From Bacteroidales bacterium (lineage in GTDB: Bacteria > Bacteroidota > Bacteroidia > Bacteroidales > VadinHA17), in NCBI GenBank assembly GCA_003141525.1, contig PLML01000193.1:719-64718 (forward strand): a stretch of DNA of 64,000 nt. The letters run 5' to 3'. Shown piece by piece: positions 55,475-61,023 of the stretch. The notes beneath the pieces are model-generated. The model was not told the DNA's origin, did no database searches, and saw nothing but the letters and a program-made list of their open reading frames with translations. The position numbers and the translations under genes are program-made. Positions within the stretch are counted from its first letter, which is position 1. Every line of letters starts with the position of its first letter.

Positions 55475-57049
55475 CTATTCCAACATTTCATAAATCAACT
55501 TAACGGTTTCATCAACCAACATTTTTCCTCCTTCAGGACCTACAATAGTAACTTTTGCACTATAACCTCCTCCTTTGATAGCCCTTTCTGTGGGCAGGTA
55601 ATCGCCATAATTGCCGCTGCTTAATTGAACTAGGAAGGTTTGCTTTGCCTTGCTTCTTCCCATAATCCTGAAACCAAAATCTGTGTAAAGCTCAAATGGG
55701 TTTGTAGCAAATGCTATATCTCCAAGTCGGATGACATGAAGCTCAACCCTGAATAATGGATTTTTATCTTGGTTTTTATATTTTTCAACCAAAGCTTCTT
55801 CTTCCTTCACGATCCCGAAATCGGAATTCTTATTATCCCATGGCCCGAAATCTTTTACTTTTTCATTATCCCTAATCTCATTAAGGAACCTGTTCCAGGC
55901 GGTGTTCGGAAAGTTTGGGTCCTTAGGTTCACGTGAATGTATTTCATTTGCAATTTTAAGCGCTTCCTCATATTCTTTTTCGGTTACCCTCCGGGTTGGA
56001 AGATCAATATCTTTGACTAAATGGTTAAAGACTACTTTTGTCTGAATGGATTCCAAGGCATGAGGATAAGCAACGTCAATGGTATGGATCAGCCGTTCGC
56101 CAATTTCAACAATGCCGGGAAGATTCCACATATTGGGTTCTCCGGATTTATACCCGTGTGGAAGGTCTCGGGGAGAAAGATCACCGGCCGCACCGCATTG
56201 TGGTAAAACATAAACATCATCAGAAAATCTTTTCCCGATTTGCTTTCTTACTTCTCCCCAGTAATCAGATGAAACGTAATATTTTGCCTCGGTTACCTGT
56301 GCCGGGCATGATACGTTCATTACAATCCCTGTTAGTTTTTTATCCATGTCCCAGCAAAAAAGCATGCCAACTCCTGGATTGTTTCCTCCTTCCATCCCGA
56401 TAAAGTCTTCCCGGTCGGTTAAACCGTACATTTCCGTTGTTCCGTTGGAATATTGTACCCTCCGATTGTGACCAACCACGGCATAACCTATTTCGCTGCT
56501 GATCCCTGCCGGTTTACGGTTATTCCAGGCACTGATTATGGCTTCGCCTACCCGTTTCAGAATCAAATTCCGGTATTCTTTTAAATCAGGATCGGGAGCA
56601 GAATGGGTATGAGTTGCGTTCAGAAAAAGTTTCTTTTTATCAAAATCTGGTATCTGCTTTTTAACGATGGCTCTCAGTGAATCCTGCATATACCTGCCGA
56701 TATTCAACAAATCCATGGAAACCATTATCGCCTGCTCTTTGGAGCCATCAGCATTTGTTGACTCTATAGCAAATGCCGTAACCTTTAGCGGGCTCTGTAC
56801 AAATTTTGAAATACGTTTATAATACTGGCCACATAATGAAACCGGGCCTTCCGGAGTAATATCACCCATGGCCCAACCAATATGCAGGCCGCCATTTGTT
56901 AATCTTTTTGAACTGAACGATTGCACCCGCCCGGAGGCTCTGGTGCAGGCAGCAAGCGTTACCATGACAAATACGATTATAGTCAAAATGATTGACATCA
57001 CGGTCATTATGCCGAAACTTCTTTTTGTTTTTCTGTTAATTGCTTTCAT
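55475..57049 (-). CDS. Neutral/alkaline-ceramidase-like (N-terminal domain) hydrolase; lipoprotein
   Basis: 524 aa with the lipobox 'VTLAAC'. 'LHIGWAMGDITPEGPVSLCGQY', 'PLKVTAFAIES....AIMVSMDL' and 'LFLNATHTHSAPDP' align by eye with the 'GxxKxDITG', 'ARAFVIE....VxxDL' and 'ATHTHSGPGG' blocks of bacterial neutral ceramidase. Confidence 0.5.
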   Translation of the reverse strand: MKAINRKTKRSFGIMTVMSIILTIIVFVMVTLAACTRASGRVQSFSSKRLTNGGLHIGWAMGDITPEGPVSLCGQYYKRISKFVQSPLKVTAFAIESTNADGSKEQAIMVSMDLLNIGRYMQDSLRAIVKKQIPDFDKKKLFLNATHTHSAPDPDLKEYRNLILKRVGEAIISAWNNRKPAGISSEIGYAVVGHNRRVQYSNGTTEMYGLTDREDFIGMEGGNNPGVGMLFCWDMDKKLTGIVMNVSCPAQVTEAKYYVSSDYWGEVRKQIGKRFSDDVYVLPQCGAAGDLSPRDLPHGYKSGEPNMWNLPGIVEIGERLIHTIDVAYPHALESIQTKVVFNHLVKDIDLPTRRVTEKEYEEALKIANEIHSREPKDPNFPNTAWNRFLNEIRDNEKVKDFGPWDNKNSDFGIVKEEEALVEKYKNQDKNPLFRVELHVIRLGDIAFATNPFELYTDFGFRIMGRSKAKQTFLVQLSSGNYGDYLPTERAIKGGGYSAKVTIVGPEGGKMLVDETVKLIYEMLE

Positions 57050-57165
57050 TCGTAAATAGTTTTAATTCATCGAATATCTTTTGAATCTTACGAATGGAAT
57101 ACTCATAAGTATTTTCATCCTTGTTTGCGGTGATAGGAAGGTAGTATCTACTTTCCCTTTAAAAA

Positions 57166-58590
57166 TCAGGGTTGTATTTCACCTTCCACTTCCAACTCCA
57201 CCACTGATGTATACTCATTCGGAGCTTTTTTTACTGCATGTATATGGGGTTCCCATGCTGCAGGTTCTTCTGGCAGCTGAATCTCTATAGTTTCGCTGTT
57301 GATACGGCTAATCGGTAAAAATTCACCTGTTGCTAATAGTTTGGCGGTTTTAATATTGTTCTTAATATTTAATGACAAAATTCCTGTACGCTCTGGCCAG
57401 TCAAAAACAAGTAGATAAATCTTTTGCCCTTTACGGGTTATTACACCCCACTCAGGAATACTTTTTAATGGACTCCGGGTGGTACCATAAATCGCCATGC
57501 CATTTACCCGGAGCCATTTACCCATTTGTTCTAATAACTCGACTTGTGGTTCAGGTATTGTCCCATCCGGTAAAGGTCCGACACCTAGAAGCAGGTTGCC
57601 GCCCTTGGAAGCCACGGTGCATAGAGACTGGATTAATTCTTTGATGCTCTTGTACTCCATATTCGGACCCTGATAATCAAACCAACCATCTCCAATAGTC
57701 ATCCATTCTTTATTAATATTACTTTGTCTGGGTACAACCCAGCCGCCCTTGCCAGGGAGACCCATGCATGTTTCCCAATATCCGGTCGTCACCGTTCTTG
57801 GAATGCAACTTTCTGGTGTCTCAGCAACATCAGCCATGTTCATTGTTCCCCTGTTATTTAAAATAATATCTGGTTGGAGTTCCCTCATCATCTTAAGAAT
57901 AGGCAATGCATCTTCTGGCCGGCCACCGTCTTGATAAGATCCGTCAAACCAAAAATAATCAATAGTCCCATATTGTGTCATAAGTTCTTTAAGCTGGTCC
58001 TTTTCAAACTTTACGAAATTAGCCCATCGTTCGGGGTACTTTTCAATGAAACCTGGGATATAACGGTCAGGATGACCTGAAAACCATCGACAATCGGGAT
58101 GTTCTTTGTCGTCCCAGGGATAGTAGAACCCGATACCCAATCCTGCTTTCCGCATACTTTTTACATACTGGTCAACAAAATCAGGATCTTGCCGTTTACT
58201 GTATGGACAGTCGGGGAATGTGATGCCATAGTCTGTGGTCTTTGTGCGCCATAATGGAAAATCGAAAGATGAAGTGTGCTTTGTGGTTAAGACAACATAA
58301 TTCATTCCAGCCTCTTTTGCAACCTTCGCCCACTGCTCAGTGGCATCTTTGATAGGATTAAATGATTTAATTGCTTCTTCCTTCTTTTTAGTAGTTTGTG
58401 TCCACTTCCCATTCTTATAGGTTCTATCCGCATTATGAGACCAGGGACCGTAATGAATGAACATTCCGAATTTTTGATCATTCCACCATTTCATTCTGTC
58501 CTGAATTACATTTTGTCCATCTGCATAAAGCAGTCCTATAGTTGCCACTATGATACTGCATACACCAGTTTTAAAATTAATTTTTTTCAT
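57166..58590 (-). CDS. GH29-family alpha-L-fucosidase
   Basis: 474 aa with an SPI signal. Motifs are 'WWNDQKFGMFIHYGPWS', 'AKEAGMNYVVLTTKHTSSFDFPLW', 'IDYFWFDGSY' and 'LLLGVGPLPDGTIP'. Confidence 0.8.
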   Translation of the reverse strand: MKKINFKTGVCSIIVATIGLLYADGQNVIQDRMKWWNDQKFGMFIHYGPWSHNADRTYKNGKWTQTTKKKEEAIKSFNPIKDATEQWAKVAKEAGMNYVVLTTKHTSSFDFPLWRTKTTDYGITFPDCPYSKRQDPDFVDQYVKSMRKAGLGIGFYYPWDDKEHPDCRWFSGHPDRYIPGFIEKYPERWANFVKFEKDQLKELMTQYGTIDYFWFDGSYQDGGRPEDALPILKMMRELQPDIILNNRGTMNMADVAETPESCIPRTVTTGYWETCMGLPGKGGWVVPRQSNINKEWMTIGDGWFDYQGPNMEYKSIKELIQSLCTVASKGGNLLLGVGPLPDGTIPEPQVELLEQMGKWLRVNGMAIYGTTRSPLKSIPEWGVITRKGQKIYLLVFDWPERTGILSLNIKNNIKTAKLLATGEFLPISRINSETIEIQLPEEPAAWEPHIHAVKKAPNEYTSVVELEVEGEIQP

Positions 58591-58790
58591 TTTTGTATTG
58601 AATTTTTAAATCAGATATAAGGATAATAGAAGGGTATCCTTAAATGACCCAAATTAATAGCGACACGAAACTATTGAATTCTGATTTTATTAATTCGGTG
58701 CTATAATTGATTAGACAAATGCTCTAACCATTCTGGCGTTAGGAATTTTGGCCAAAAAGATAACCGTTTAGCAATGAATTTAAAAATCAT

Positions 58791-58827
58791 AAAAAGTCTG
58801 ATAATATTCCATATCAGACTTTTTTTA
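58791..58827 (-). terminator. Bidirectional rho-independent-type terminator after the SusC/SusD/lipoprotein unit
   Basis: AGTCTGAT (58795-58802) pairs with ATCAGACT (58813-58820) across a 10-nt loop. The hairpin is flanked by A5 on the left and T8 on the right. On the minus strand it starts 27 nt after the stop of the 148-aa gene and is followed by TTTTTATGATTTTTA. Confidence 0.6.
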
Positions 58828-58847
58828 TTTTACACTAACCCCAATTA

Positions 58848-59294
58848 TTATGGAGTAATACTGGCAGTTATTGTCCAGGTTTTGCTTGTGCCATCTGCTG
58901 CAGTTACTAAGTAACTGTGGGGTTGAGACCAATCGGCAACTACACCCAGTTCAGGGGCACCATTAATAGGCTTTATTGTAGCAGCGTCGGAGATGTCACA
59001 AGATCCAACAATATCTGTAAGATTAACTTTGGCAGCCTCTTGAGCAGTAAAAACACCCGAAGGATTGGGTATTGTGATTACACTAGTAATATTATTACCT
59101 GTGATGGTATTATCTGTAGTCAATGTTACAAATTCTAGTTGCGAATAGCCATTTGCATTTGTAGAAGAAAAACGATACTCGAAATAAAAATGAGTAATAT
59201 CTGAACCGCTAGCTAATGGTAAATTCTCAAGACCCCATTTAATACATGAGCTTGTTATCAACAGTATTCCTAAAATATACAAATATTTTTTCAT
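58848..59294 (-). CDS. Small surface lipoprotein in the SusE/F position (function unknown)
   Basis: 148 aa with the lipobox 'LLITSSC'. The sequence is beta-rich and Ser/Thr-rich, ending '...YLVTAADGTSKTWTITASITP'. It lies immediately downstream of SusD, the usual position of accessory glycan-binding lipoproteins. Confidence 0.5.
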   Translation of the reverse strand: MKKYLYILGILLITSSCIKWGLENLPLASGSDITHFYFEYRFSSTNANGYSQLEFVTLTTDNTITGNNITSVITIPNPSGVFTAQEAAKVNLTDIVGSCDISDAATIKPINGAPELGVVADWSQPHSYLVTAADGTSKTWTITASITP

Positions 59295-59337
59295 ATCTTA
59301 TTAGTTTAATGTTATATTACTACATATTACCAGTATA

Positions 59338-61011
59338 TTACCAGTTTGGATTTTGTGTCAAATTAGTATTATTTAGGATTTCAGCATCCGGAACAGGGAA
59401 GTACTTTCGTTTTGGCCAATCAAAAGTCAATGAACCAGTGATATGAAACCAGGGTACAATATACACTAACCCATCCTTCTTAATATCCAGAGAATGGTAT
59501 TGACCTGTAAGTTCAGGGATTGAAGAAGCATTATCTGCTTTTGCCCAACGAAGTAATGACCAATATCTATCATTCTCATATACGAGTTCCACTCTTCTTT
59601 CAATTTTGTATAATGTATAAAATTCATCAGAAGTTACACTGTTTATAGGAGGCAGTTGACCATGTCGTGTGCGGGTTTTATTGGTATACAAAATAGCATT
59701 TGGTAAGTCTCCAAGTCGGTAATAAGCTTCTGCTTTATTAAGATAAATTTCTCCCAACCGTAAAAGCGGCAGGGCATAGTTTATGGGTGTGGGGTAACCT
59801 TGCGGTTGATCTTCAAATATAAATTTCCTGAAATAATAGCCTGAAGCCGTTTGCTGACTCGGGACTGCTGGCCATGAACCATGGTAACAATTACCACCCT
59901 CCCGAATAGTTACAAGCTGATTATAAAATAAAGTAGAATCATGTACAATTGTAAGTTCAAACCGTGCATCACGATTCTTCCACATTAAACCCGGGTACTT
60001 GCCCACAAACTCCGTACCAAAATGTTGTACCGCATTACCCCCTTCATTAAACAGGTATGCATCAACAAGTTCCTGAGGTGGATAAAGCTGCAACCATCCA
60101 GCTAATCCCTGACCAGTAAATAGAGTTAGACAACTGGGATCCAAAGAAGCATTACTAATCCCTGGCAAAAAACGTTGCATATATGTGTCGCCAAAAATGC
60201 AATGTGTGGCATCCCTTGCCATGCTCAAAATTATCTCTGGTGAATTTATAATACTTGTGAAACTCTTAGTAATATTGTAATAATCGTCCAAAACATAGTT
60301 ACCTTGTTCAACCGAATCACAGTATTGAATCGCTAGATTATACTGCCCGTCATCAAGTAAGACGCGTGAAAGAAATCCATATGCCGCATACTTTGATAAT
60401 CTACCCTGACTTACAACCGCAGGCAAGCCCTTACCAGCATCTTCCAGATCCTTGATGATAAAATTATATGTATCGCTTTCGCTACTGCGGGTCAGTTTTA
60501 GATTATCCTTAGGTGTCAATGCATGATCAACTATTATAACCCCTCCAAATCGCCTTACTAGCCAATGATATGTTATTGCCCTCAGCAGTTTTGCTTCAGC
60601 AATCATTACCGTTGTTTGAGATGGTAATATTACCTTATTCCCTGTTAGATTATCAATTGCAAGGTCACACTCTCTTATTATATTGTACTTATTCCATCCA
60701 GCATCAAAACTTTTATCAAATACTCCCGTTTTAATAACTGGACCTAGCTGATCTCCATTCCACATTGAGTTAAATGCATACCCGAACTCACTTAACATAA
60801 CATTATCAGTCCAATCATCAGAGACCGATGAATAATATTGCGTCAATGCGTCCGTATAAATATTATTAATAAATGCTGCAGAGAGGTTGGCATCATTCCA
60901 AACCGCTTCTCCAGTAAATTTATCTAAAGGTTTCGTATCCAGTAAATCCTTATTACATGAATAAAACGCAGTGATAAGTACAGTCAGTAATATATAATAT
61001 ATTTTTTTCAT
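59338..61011 (-). CDS. SusD/RagB-family outer-membrane glycan-binding lipoprotein
   Basis: 557 aa with the lipobox 'ITAFYSC'. It has TPR-like helical N-terminal blocks, 'LRLGEIYLNKAEAYYRLGD' and 'ERRVELVYENDRYWSLLRW', both typical of SusD. It starts 12 nt after the SusC stop. Confidence 0.9.
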   Translation of the reverse strand: MKKIYYILLTVLITAFYSCNKDLLDTKPLDKFTGEAVWNDANLSAAFINNIYTDALTQYYSSVSDDWTDNVMLSEFGYAFNSMWNGDQLGPVIKTGVFDKSFDAGWNKYNIIRECDLAIDNLTGNKVILPSQTTVMIAEAKLLRAITYHWLVRRFGGVIIVDHALTPKDNLKLTRSSESDTYNFIIKDLEDAGKGLPAVVSQGRLSKYAAYGFLSRVLLDDGQYNLAIQYCDSVEQGNYVLDDYYNITKSFTSIINSPEIILSMARDATHCIFGDTYMQRFLPGISNASLDPSCLTLFTGQGLAGWLQLYPPQELVDAYLFNEGGNAVQHFGTEFVGKYPGLMWKNRDARFELTIVHDSTLFYNQLVTIREGGNCYHGSWPAVPSQQTASGYYFRKFIFEDQPQGYPTPINYALPLLRLGEIYLNKAEAYYRLGDLPNAILYTNKTRTRHGQLPPINSVTSDEFYTLYKIERRVELVYENDRYWSLLRWAKADNASSIPELTGQYHSLDIKKDGLVYIVPWFHITGSLTFDWPKRKYFPVPDAEILNNTNLTQNPNW

Positions 61012-61023
61012 CTTTATTTTTTT

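Noticed and set aside
57098-57113. Hairpin AATACT-cata-AGTATT followed by TTTT between the GH29 and ceramidase-like genes
   Set aside because: The T-run is on the plus strand only, while both flanking genes are on the minus strand. The 6-bp AT stem is weak.
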